A stretch of 48,780 nucleotides of DNA from a virus (taxonomy: Duplodnaviria > Caudoviricetes), in the IMG/VR virus record IMGVR_UViG_3300037760_000080, positions 1 to 48,780 of that record. One strand, given 5' to 3'. Made by a program: the position numbers and the translations under genes. The notes beneath the pieces were generated by a model. The model did no database searches. It was given only the letters and a program-made list of their open reading frames with translations, and was not told the DNA's origin. This document shows, in pieces, positions 29,331-36,991 of the stretch; position 1 is the stretch's first letter; each line of letters begins with the position of its first letter.

Positions 29331-30952
29331 CACATATCACCCCGAACTCGGCACAGGTCGGCTTCTGGGGCCGCAATGACGATGTCGCCCTGACCTCTAC
29401 CAGCTTCACCCATACGCTGAATACGAACTGGTCGCAGGACGCCGACGCCGTGTTCCGGGTCCGGTTCGCGATGGAGGAGAATGCCGGCGCCGAGTCCGTC
29501 ATCGGCGGCCAGCTTGAGGCGAACCTCAATGGCGGCGCCTTCCAGAACGTGACTACCGGATCGACGATCGTCCGCGCTGTCGCGTCGGCGCAATTCAATG
29601 ACGGCGACGCGGCAGGCGATCTGGCTGTCGGCGGTGCGGGCGGATTCGTTGCCGGCACCGGCTCGGAAACCGGCAACGCCGCGGACGTGGCTCTGACAAG
29701 CCAACACACCGAGTTGGAGTTCGCGGTTCAGATCGTTAGCGCGGACGTGGCCAATGGCAACACGATCGTGCTCCGTATCGCCGGGCTGGACAGCTACACC
29801 GTCGCCGGGCCTTCGTTGACCGTCACCGGCGTCATCACGTTGGGCCAGGCCTCGCTCACCGGTACGGCAACGGTGACCGCTGCGGGAGATGTCCCGGCCG
29901 GCGGCGCACCGTGGACGAACAGCGACCCCTGGACCAACGCCCAAGCATGGGACCACACCGGCGGCACCACCGTCGAAGGCCAGGCGGCCCTGACCGGAAC
30001 GGCGACCGCAACCGCCGCCGGCGCGCTAGGCCTGCCCTCCACGGCGGCGCTCACCGGCACCGCTGCCCTCTCGGCCACGGCCGCGCTTGAACTGCCCGGG
30101 GCAAGTAGCCTGACCGGAACAGCCACGATCACCGCCGCCGGCGACGTGGACCCCGGCGGAGCCCCGCAGGTCAACGGACAAGCCGAGCTCACGGCAGCAG
30201 CAACCACCAGCGCCGGCAGCAAGCTTCGCGGGCCATGGTCGGAGATCGTATCGGCGACCACGCTGTCCGGCGGCGCCACCGTCGAAGGACAAGCCTCGCT
30301 CACCGTCACCGCCGCCTCCACTGCGGCAGTGACGTACGCCACCGGCAGCGGCGCCAGCCTCACCAGCACTGCCACTACTACTCTCATCGGCGGACGCGTC
30401 CACGAAGGACAGTCCGCCTTTACGGCCACCTACTTCCACGAGGCAGTGGCCACCAAGGAAACGGCCTCCACAGCCTCCCTGACGGTCACAGCCGACCGGA
30501 CGCCGACCGCCGCGAAGACAACCGCCAGCGGTGCCTCCCTGCCTCTCACGGCGGCCTTCACGGCCGGGGGGGACATCGGCACACCGCCGGTCACCGGCCA
30601 GGCCACGCTCACAGTCACCGCCGCCATCACCGCCGGCGCAACGGTCACCAGAGCCACGCAAGCGGCCGTCACCGGAAACATCACCGTCACCGCTGACGCC
30701 GCAGTGATCGGTCAGGCCGATGTCGCGTTGACCATCGGTGCGAACATCCAAGCCGCTGCCGGAATCATCGCCAGCGGAGTCGCCGAGCTCACTGCGATTG
30801 TCGTCGTTTCCGCTGGTGGTCTTGTCGGTGAACGTGTGACACCCGTTGAACGGCTCCTCATCGTTACCGCCGAGTCGCGCACCACGAATGCCGGGACCGC
30901 CGCACGGACCGTTACTGTCCCTGCCGATTTGAGAGCGCTGGTGACCACGTGA
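29327..30952 (+). CDS. Ala/Thr-rich repeat fibre protein
   Basis: GGAGG RBS then GTG; many GQA(S/A)LT(G/V)TA repeats. Confidence 0.8.
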   Translation: MTHITPNSAQVGFWGRNDDVALTSTSFTHTLNTNWSQDADAVFRVRFAMEENAGAESVIGGQLEANLNGGAFQNVTTGSTIVRAVASAQFNDGDAAGDLAVGGAGGFVAGTGSETGNAADVALTSQHTELEFAVQIVSADVANGNTIVLRIAGLDSYTVAGPSLTVTGVITLGQASLTGTATVTAAGDVPAGGAPWTNSDPWTNAQAWDHTGGTTVEGQAALTGTATATAAGALGLPSTAALTGTAALSATAALELPGASSLTGTATITAAGDVDPGGAPQVNGQAELTAAATTSAGSKLRGPWSEIVSATTLSGGATVEGQASLTVTAASTAAVTYATGSGASLTSTATTTLIGGRVHEGQSAFTATYFHEAVATKETASTASLTVTADRTPTAAKTTASGASLPLTAAFTAGGDIGTPPVTGQATLTVTAAITAGATVTRATQAAVTGNITVTADAAVIGQADVALTIGANIQAAAGIIASGVAELTAIVVVSAGGLVGERVTPVERLLIVTAESRTTNAGTAARTVTVPADLRALVTT

Positions 30953-31221
30953 GCATCTACATTCACGACCCGAACGCCGTGCTCGACTACGCGGTCGACT
31001 GGGCCTCATGGCTACCGGACGGCGACAGCATCACCAGTCATAGCGTGGCCGTCGAATCCGGCGATGTAGTGAAGGATTCCGACGGCATCGCCGGCACAGT
31101 GGTCACGGCATGGATCTCGGGCGGCACCAACGGCACTGACGCCACCGTGCGATACCGGGTCACCACCGCGCAAGGCCGCACCGACGACCGCACCATCTAC
31201 CTGAAGGTGCGCAGTCGCTAG
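30949..31221 (+). CDS. phage fibre-tail adaptor-like protein
   Basis: HDPNAVLDYAVDWASWL...WISGGT...VTTAQGRTDDRTI. Confidence 0.8.
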   Translation: MSIYIHDPNAVLDYAVDWASWLPDGDSITSHSVAVESGDVVKDSDGIAGTVVTAWISGGTNGTDATVRYRVTTAQGRTDDRTIYLKVRSR

Positions 31222-31222
31222 A

Positions 31223-31246
31223 CGCCGCCTGCCCCCCCAGGCGGCG
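31223..31246 (+). terminator. hairpin ending the late operon
   Basis: CGCCGCCTG-C6-CAGGCGGCG (9-bp stem) directly after the stop codon. Confidence 0.55.
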
Positions 31247-31328
31247 GTATGAAGGCCGCCGCCCGGTTCGGCCCCCTCAGAGCCGGGCGGCGGTCCACCC
31301 CTTCTCTCGACAGGGGGGAGGTGAAACC

Positions 31329-31514
31329 ATGAAGCGCCTCATCGCCGCCGCCGCGCTCAGCCTGATCGTGTCCGGCTCCGGCGCCACCGTCGCCGCCGCC
31401 GACCCGTCGTTCGGGCCCGGCGCGGGCAACGGGCAGGGCAACAACGCACCGCAGGATCAGGGTGCCCGCTGTCAACCGCCCGGGCAGACCAGCGACCGTC
31501 CCGAATGCAACTAG
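31329..31514 (+). CDS. small secreted peptide
   Basis: GGAGG RBS; signal peptide ending AAA-D; two Cys. Confidence 0.7.
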   Translation: MKRLIAAAALSLIVSGSGATVAAADPSFGPGAGNGQGNNAPQDQGARCQPPGQTSDRPECN

Positions 31515-31527
31515 GCACCTACGACAA

Positions 31528-31554
31528 GGCCTCGCTCCTCATGGGAGCGGGGCC
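31528..31554. terminator. hairpin between convergent operons
   Basis: GGCCTCGCTCC-TCATG-GGAGCGGGGCC. Confidence 0.6.
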
Positions 31555-31582
31555 GCCTTCTGCTGCCCGGCGACGCCACCCC

Positions 31583-31798
31583 CTAAGCGGCGCCGCTGAA
31601 CAGCACGGTGACTAACGTGACCACGAAACCAGCGGCCATGAATACGAACGCCCAGGCAAAGATCCTGTTGGTGCGCCGCCTACGGATCGGCTGACACTTG
31701 TCGCACACGTTGATCCAGCCGCCGTGCGCCACGGTCTGCCAGTCGGTGCCGCATTCGATACACTGACCGGCCAGCACCCTGTCCCGCCACCTGCTCAC
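31583..31798 (-). CDS. small Zn-ribbon membrane protein
   Basis: CIEC...CDKC plus C-terminal TM; GTGA overlap with upstream gene. Confidence 0.6.
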   Translation of the reverse strand: MSRWRDRVLAGQCIECGTDWQTVAHGGWINVCDKCQPIRRRRTNRIFAWAFVFMAAGFVVTLVTVLFSGAA

Positions 31799-32346
31799 GT
31801 CGCCCACTCCTCCCGCCAGCCCGGCCGCCCGGCGTACGGCTGGGCGAGCAGGCGCAGCACATCGTGTACGCCATGACAACGGACACATGGCACGTCTGGA
31901 TAGCACCATTCGCTGCAATCGAAGCACCAGGCACGATGACTGCCAGCCGTGCGGTGCTCATGGCAATCGCGTCCCTGGAATCCCTCAAAGTTCCCGGCCT
32001 CGTCGAATACGGCACCGGTAGCAGGAAATAGCTCCAGGATCGCCCGCTTCGCCGCCACCTCGGCCAGCACCCGCGCCGGGTCATGGCGGGCGATGTGGGT
32101 GGCTTGCTGGGGGTCAGGGCGACTCTCGTTGTAGACGACGATCTCCCTGGACTTCTCATCCTCGATGGCATACCAGTCTTCGGGATCGTCGATCTCGCCA
32201 GTCTGGCCCTGGACCATCCAGCGACCCGAGTCTGCTGGAAGGGGCGGGTTGGCCCAACCATCAATGCGCTCGGGTCGGATGGCCGCCCGCGCCACCCGCT
32301 CGTCCTCGTCCAGCGCGGCGCGCAAGAACTCCACCAGGTCAATCAC
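31795..32346 (-). CDS. DUF6221-like protein
   Basis: DLVEFLRAALDEDE...HIARHDPARVLAEVAAKRAIL...LRLLAQPYAGRPGWREEW. Confidence 0.8.
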   Translation of the reverse strand: MIDLVEFLRAALDEDERVARAAIRPERIDGWANPPLPADSGRWMVQGQTGEIDDPEDWYAIEDEKSREIVVYNESRPDPQQATHIARHDPARVLAEVAAKRAILELFPATGAVFDEAGNFEGFQGRDCHEHRTAGSHRAWCFDCSEWCYPDVPCVRCHGVHDVLRLLAQPYAGRPGWREEWAT

Positions 32347-32621
32347 CACTGCTTCCACTCCCCGTTATCGTGTTGACGCCAATCGCAGTGGATACACCGC
32401 GTGATCGGCGGCCTGTTACCAGCAGGTGCGAAGTGCTCCTTCGGTTCGTGACCGGGACAGTACTTGCCTTTGAAGGCATGCGGCGTCGCCTCCATCGGAT
32501 CAACCCCTAGATCCACGGCGGCGGCCCGCAATGCCTTGACCTCCGCGTCGTCGAGGAACCCCGAACCGAAATCCAGCGAATTGGTGGCGACGTCGAACAC
32601 CACCTTCCAGTGCTCTTTCAC
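32343..32621 (-). CDS. hypothetical protein
   Basis: Coupled ORF; SLDFGSGFLD motif. Confidence 0.6.
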   Translation of the reverse strand: MKEHWKVVFDVATNSLDFGSGFLDDAEVKALRAAAVDLGVDPMEATPHAFKGKYCPGHEPKEHFAPAGNRPPITRCIHCDWRQHDNGEWKQW

Positions 32622-32908
32622 CGTCTCGCCCTGAACCTTCCCGCCGCCAGATCCAACTCCGCGGCCATCCGTAGCGCGTCCTCCCAGAACAACGCCGCGC
32701 TCTCCTGCGCCAGCGTACGCGGGTTGATGATCGTCAACGCGGGCTGCGCGGCGAACTCGTCGTACCCGAACACGATCAGCTGCACGGTGCGGCCCTGCCG
32801 CAACCCCGGCACCTCACCATGCGCCGTCACCAACACCTGTTCGTGGCGCCCGTGGGGGTTGCTCACCTGACACCAACTGATCGGACACTGTTCTCTATAC
32901 TCCAACAT
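32618..32908 (-). CDS. hypothetical protein
   Basis: GAAGGGAG RBS; CPISWC...H..H. Confidence 0.6.
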   Translation of the reverse strand: MLEYREQCPISWCQVSNPHGRHEQVLVTAHGEVPGLRQGRTVQLIVFGYDEFAAQPALTIINPRTLAQESAALFWEDALRMAAELDLAAGRFRARR

Positions 32909-32942
32909 CGCGGCCATGCTCCCTTCAGTGTGTGGCCGTACA

Positions 32943-32973
32943 GCCCGCCCCGCTCTCACCAAGCGGGGCGGGC
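32943..32973. terminator. 12-bp stem hairpin
   Basis: GCCCGCCCCGCT-CTCACCA-AGCGGGGCGGGC. Confidence 0.6.
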
Positions 32974-32985
32974 GCTTTCATGCAT

Positions 32986-33276
32986 CTAGCCCGGCGACCG
33001 CGCCCCCCACCGGGGCGACGGCCCGGTCTGGGATCGGGCTGTAGCTTCCTGATCGGCTATCGTCTCCAGGTCGTCCGGGTAGTTCGGGGCTGTCGCTCTC
33101 CTCTGCCGGGCAAGTTCTGCCATGCGCTCGAATTTCTGCGCCGTCATATCGGACTGGACCTGCTGCTCGTCCCACTGGCGCAACGCCTCACCCACCGGCA
33201 CCGACGGCGCCAGCGCGCGCAGGAACGCCACCAGGTCGTGCAGCCGGGTCACGGGATCACGGTCGTCGCTCATCAC
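32986..33276 (-). CDS. hypothetical protein
   Basis: GAGGA RBS; lies in the leftward operon. Confidence 0.55.
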   Translation of the reverse strand: MMSDDRDPVTRLHDLVAFLRALAPSVPVGEALRQWDEQQVQSDMTAQKFERMAELARQRRATAPNYPDDLETIADQEATARSQTGPSPRWGARSPG

Positions 33277-33285
33277 GTCACATCC

Positions 33286-33972
33286 TCACTGTGCGTAGAT
33301 CCGGTTGACCACGCCGATGTCGCCGTTCCACCCGCCGGACAGGAACCCGCCCGACCAGCAGTCCCGCGATGACATCACCGACTTACACGTATCGATGCGG
33401 TGCCCATTGTCCGGACCACCCAGCCCGACCGCGTGCCCGATCTCGTGCCGGATCACATGACCCGACCCGATGCCGCGGTAGTACGTGTTCAACATCACCA
33501 CGATGTAGTCGCGGTGAACGAACGTCCAACTGCCGTTCTCGGTCTGGCCCCATTCATAGCACTGCCGCGTCCGGGTCTCCGAGCATTGCGCCGTCTCTTC
33601 CCGCGCACCCCAACTGGTCTTGCCGAGGTTCCGCGAGTAGATGACGATCTCGGCGTCGAACGAATCGCACGCACCGGGGCCGCGCTGGTAGAACATTCGC
33701 AGGCTGGTGTTGCGCTGGTAGTCCCGCACGCTGTCCAGCACGTTCGCCTGAATGCTCGAGCCGGTGCGATCGTCGACACAGATCAAAGTGCCGGCGAACC
33801 GCTTGCCCCAGTAGTACGGGTCGGACACATAGTCGGCGGCGCGGGCCGCTGACGCCCCGGCCAGCCCGAGGGTGACTAGGAATGCCAGCGCGGCGGTGAC
33901 GGCCAGCAGGCGGCGCGGCAGCGGGTTGCGGGTGGCGGCGTAACGGCCGCGGGTGGTGGTCATTGTGATCAC
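33286..33972 (-). CDS. secreted zinc metalloprotease (metzincin-like)
   Basis: Signal peptide; HEIGHAVGLGGPDNGH; Met-turn SVMS. Confidence 0.8.
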   Translation of the reverse strand: MITMTTTRGRYAATRNPLPRRLLAVTAALAFLVTLGLAGASAARAADYVSDPYYWGKRFAGTLICVDDRTGSSIQANVLDSVRDYQRNTSLRMFYQRGPGACDSFDAEIVIYSRNLGKTSWGAREETAQCSETRTRQCYEWGQTENGSWTFVHRDYIVVMLNTYYRGIGSGHVIRHEIGHAVGLGGPDNGHRIDTCKSVMSSRDCWSGGFLSGGWNGDIGVVNRIYAQ

Positions 33973-34382
33973 TCACAGGCCGTCGAAGCGTATTGATCAG
34001 GATCTAATTCGGCCAGCGCCGACGCGCCGCTCATGATCTCCGAGTATTCCTCGGTGATCAGATAGCCGTCCTCGTCCAGGATCGCTGCGATAGCACCCAG
34101 TGCCCCCATCGAGATGTCGACATAACCGCGCAGCGATTCCACTAGTTGCTTGCATTCCTGCGGAATCACTTCGACTTCAACGGTCTCGGTCACGGTTTCG
34201 GTGACGGGTTCGGCGGGGACCTCTACGGTCCTGGTCTCGGTGACGACCTCCGGCTCGGTCTGACCGGCCGCGCCGATAGTGGTGCCGATGACGAACGCGG
34301 CGACGATGCCGACGATCCACGGCCAGCGGCGTGGTTTGTGGGTCTCGGCGGTGGTCTCGTTGTAGATACCGGTGGTGTTCAT
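33969..34382 (-). CDS. membrane-anchored protein
   Basis: RRWPWIVGIVAAFVIG TM; T/E/V-rich linker; GAGGGG RBS. Confidence 0.75.
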   Translation of the reverse strand: MNTTGIYNETTAETHKPRRWPWIVGIVAAFVIGTTIGAAGQTEPEVVTETRTVEVPAEPVTETVTETVEVEVIPQECKQLVESLRGYVDISMGALGAIAAILDEDGYLITEEYSEIMSGASALAELDPDQYASTACE

Positions 34383-34422
34383 TGTGGTTCCCCTCTTCAG
34401 GTGTTCCCCTCTGATGCTTTGG

Positions 34423-34462
34423 CCTGCCACCCGGCCGAGGGGAACTCAAGCCGGGTGGCAGG
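34423..34462. terminator. 13-bp stem hairpin downstream of integrase
   Basis: CCTGCCACCCGGC...GCCGGGTGGCAGG. Confidence 0.6.
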
Positions 34463-34466
34463 GGTC

Positions 34467-35399
34467 TCAGTCGGCTCGCGCCGGGGTGTCCTTCCAGATG
34501 TTCGCTACGATGTCGTGCAGTGCCTTGTCCGCCACCTGCGAGTAGCGGGCCGACGTCTCAGGGCGCGAATGCCCCAGCAGCCGGGAGACCCGCAGCACGT
34601 CGCCGGACTCGGCGTACACCTCGGTGGCGAACGCGTGCCGCAGCGTGTGCCCGGTCCAGCCCTTGCGGTCGATAGCCTTCGCGGCGGCCTTGCCGATCGC
34701 GTTCGGTGTCATGTGACCGCCGTTGCGACCCGGGAACAGCCAGCCGTCCTCCGCGCCGCTGGCGTACCGGTAGCCGCTGCCCCGCTCGCCCCGCTCGCGG
34801 CGGGCGATCTCACGAGCCAACTCGGCGGCCAGCACCGGGTGCAGCGGGATGGTGCGGGCCTTGCCGCCCTTGCCGATGACCCGCAGCACGGCCGGGTCGG
34901 CCTGGTCAAGCCGGAACCCGGCGACCTCGGCGCGGCGCAGCCCGGCGAACGCCATCAGCATCAGGATCATGCGCTGGCAGTCGTTGGCCCGCTGCACCGC
35001 CGCGTCCAGAATGTGGCCGGGTACCGGCCGCGGCTCCGGCGTGAGCACTCGCGGCGCTTTGATCTCGGCGGCCGGGTTGCGCCTGGTGTGCCCGGCGCGG
35101 ATGCCCCAGGTATAGAACGAATTCAGCGCTGACCGGTACGACTTGCGCGTCTCCGGTGCCCAGGCCTGACGCGCCATCCACTGGACCAACTCGTCCGGTT
35201 TGACCCGGAACGGGTTGCGCCGAAGTATCTCGTTACCCAGGTGGGCGATCTGGCAGCGGCGCAGTTCGATGGTGCGCTCGCGTATCCCCTCGGTTCTCAT
35301 CCAGTCGGCCCATAGGTCAACAGCCCGGTCCCAACGCATCCCCGTACCCCCGAGATCCCCCTGATCTGGGGTGTCTACTCGGGTCGGCGCGGCGGTCAT
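34467..35399 (-). CDS. int: tyrosine integrase lacking an arm-binding domain
   Basis: GLRRAE, GKGGK, HTLRH, LLGH, TSARY catalytic residues; start at 35399 or 35339. Confidence 0.93.
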   Translation of the reverse strand: MTAAPTRVDTPDQGDLGGTGMRWDRAVDLWADWMRTEGIRERTIELRRCQIAHLGNEILRRNPFRVKPDELVQWMARQAWAPETRKSYRSALNSFYTWGIRAGHTRRNPAAEIKAPRVLTPEPRPVPGHILDAAVQRANDCQRMILMLMAFAGLRRAEVAGFRLDQADPAVLRVIGKGGKARTIPLHPVLAAELAREIARRERGERGSGYRYASGAEDGWLFPGRNGGHMTPNAIGKAAAKAIDRKGWTGHTLRHAFATEVYAESGDVLRVSRLLGHSRPETSARYSQVADKALHDIVANIWKDTPARAD

Positions 35400-35809
35400 G
35401 AGGCGTTCCCGATGTTCGTTACCGGGTTGTGATCTCTGTTGCCGTGGCGGATGCGGCGACGGAACTCGTCGTCGACTATCGGTTTTGCCATCGCCTTGAC
35501 TTCGGCAGTGCCTAACGGCGTTGTGTCAGTCAACCAACCGGCAGGTTGGTGGTTCGAGTCCACCCGGGGGAGCCCATCCCCCATCAACCATGCCAGCGGC
35601 ACGCCGGTTCGCAGTGCCCAGAGCTTGAGGTATCCCTTCGTGGGCCGCCCTTTGTCGTTGCACCAGCGGCTGACGGTCGACCGGGCCACGCCGAGTTCGT
35701 CGGCCATGTCCTCGGTCGTCATGCCCGCGTGCGCAAGGGAGCGCTGTAGGCGCCATCCCTGCGTCCATGGCGGAATCACGCCCTGCTGGTGCGTCAGTAG
35801 CTCCGTCAT
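35396..35809 (-). CDS. immunity repressor (XRE HTH) containing attP
   Basis: AGMTTEDMADELGVARSTVSRWCND...WALRTGVPLAWL; LPRVDSNHQP is antisense tRNA sequence. Confidence 0.9.
   Translation of the reverse strand: MTELLTHQQGVIPPWTQGWRLQRSLAHAGMTTEDMADELGVARSTVSRWCNDKGRPTKGYLKLWALRTGVPLAWLMGDGLPRVDSNHQPAGWLTDTTPLGTAEVKAMAKPIVDDEFRRRIRHGNRDHNPVTNIGNAS
35536..35573 (+). other. attP core = 3' half of a tRNA, most likely tRNA-Asn
   Basis: AACCGGCAGGTTGGTGGTTCGAGTCCACCCGGGGGAGC: anticodon 3' strand, T-arm GGTGG-TTCGAGT-CCACC, acceptor strand ending GGGGAG. Confidence 0.85.
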
Positions 35810-35918
35810 GTGTTCACCGTACGTTGCGTGGCGCAGTTGCGTCAATACCAACGGACCACGAAAGTTTGTGGTCTTGAGCACTTGACGTGGCTGCGACATA
35901 CGTAGCAAGATAGCTGAC
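35810..35918. promoter_or_regulatory. divergent leaderless promoters (genetic switch)
   Basis: Left: TTGACG-18-TACGGT-6-ATG. Right: TTGACG-18-CAAGAT-7-ATG. Both carry TTGACGnnnCTGCGnCA. Confidence 0.7.
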
Positions 35919-36122
35919 ATGACCGAACGACGCCAACTGCTTACCTCGCCACAGGTGGCCAAGATGCTCGGTAAGAGCATCCGCACCATCCAGCGCATGG
36001 CCGAGTCCGGCGACTTGCCCGCGATGAAGCTCCCCGGCGAGACCGGCGCCTACGTCTACGACCCCAACGAGGTCGAGCTTTGGCAACTCCGCCGCCAGCG
36101 GCAGGAGGCGAAGTCGGCATGA
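35919..36122 (+). CDS. Cro/excisionase-like HTH (MerR/HTH_17 type)
   Basis: LLTSPQVAKMLGKSIRTIQRMAESGDLPAMKLPG; divergent from the repressor. Confidence 0.85.
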   Translation: MTERRQLLTSPQVAKMLGKSIRTIQRMAESGDLPAMKLPGETGAYVYDPNEVELWQLRRQRQEAKSA

Positions 36123-36125
36123 CGT

Positions 36126-36295
36126 GGCAGGCGCGGCCAGGCCCGGCTAGTCAAGGCGAGCCCGGGCGCGGCGCGGCAGTCAGGGCTGGGCAAGTCACGT
36201 CGGCGTCAGGCCGGGCGTGGTCCGGCAGGCGCGGCATCGCATGGAGGTCCTGGCATGTCGCTGCGAGGCACGTCGGGGTATGGCCGGGCTGGCTT
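36126..36295 (+). ncRNA. pentamer array 1 (putative guide RNAs, 3 units)
   Basis: GGCAG(G/T)C delimiters at 36126, 36175, 36224 (49, 49, ~63 nt units) separating G(G/T)(C/T)NN pentamers. Confidence 0.75.
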
Positions 36296-36306
36296 GAAGT
36301 AATAGC

Positions 36307-36331
36307 GGCCCCGCTCACACGGAGCGGGGCC
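36307..36331 (+). other. 10-bp hairpin closing array 1
   Basis: GGCCCCGCTC-ACACG-GAGCGGGGCC. Confidence 0.65.
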
Positions 36332-36357
36332 ACCAACCAAGAAAGAGGGTAACAGCA

Positions 36358-36987
36358 ATGGCACCGAAGAAGCAGCAGGACGAAGGCCAGATCGAGATCT
36401 CGCGGATTCCCGCCGAGAGCCTTCGCATCCCCATCGTGGGGACGACGCCGCTGATCGTTCACCGGTTCAGCGAGAAGGCCAAGCGGATCATGCTCGACAA
36501 CATGCAGGGCCGCAAATCCCCGAAGGAGGCGAAAGACCCGCAGGCCGAGTACGAGGCCGCGTTCTACCGGCTCAAGGACGGCACGCCGGGTTTCCCGGTC
36601 ATCGCATTCAAGGCCGCCACGGTCGGAGCTGCCCGGTTCTACGGCAACTTGACCATGACTTCGCTCAAGCAGTCGATCTTCTTCGCCGGCGAGGTCGGCG
36701 GGGATGGGCGGATGTTGACCGCGATCCACGGCGAACCCCACATGCGGGAGGACGTCGTCACGGTCAACCGAGGCGGTTCGGACCTGCGTTACCGGCCCGA
36801 GTTCCCCGAGTGGTCGGCGACGTTGGAGGTCACGTTCGTCAAGTCGCTGCTGACCCGCAACTCGGTGCTCAGCTTGCTGGACGCGGGCGGCATGGGTGTC
36901 GGGGTCGGCGAGTGGCGTCCCGAGCGTGACGGCGACTTCGGCCAGTTCAAGATCGACGAGACCAAGGATATCGAGGTCCTCCCGTGA
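36358..36987 (+). CDS. stand-alone Cas7/RAMP-like RNA-binding protein (Vipr-like effector)
   Basis: RAMP hallmarks: IVGTTPLIV, PGFPVIAFKAA, thumb-like MREDVVTVNRGGSDLRYRPEF, G-rich loop GGMGVGVGEWRPERDGDFGQF. Confidence 0.8.
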   Translation: MAPKKQQDEGQIEISRIPAESLRIPIVGTTPLIVHRFSEKAKRIMLDNMQGRKSPKEAKDPQAEYEAAFYRLKDGTPGFPVIAFKAATVGAARFYGNLTMTSLKQSIFFAGEVGGDGRMLTAIHGEPHMREDVVTVNRGGSDLRYRPEFPEWSATLEVTFVKSLLTRNSVLSLLDAGGMGVGVGEWRPERDGDFGQFKIDETKDIEVLP

Positions 36988-36991
36988 GCAA

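Noticed and set aside
29820-30800. Diversity-generating retroelement in the fibre repeats
   Set aside because: No reverse transcriptase and no adenine-specific TR/VR pair; these are ordinary protein repeats.
35536-35576. Intact tRNA gene
   Set aside because: Only the 3' half is present (no D-arm or 5' acceptor strand); it is the attP core.
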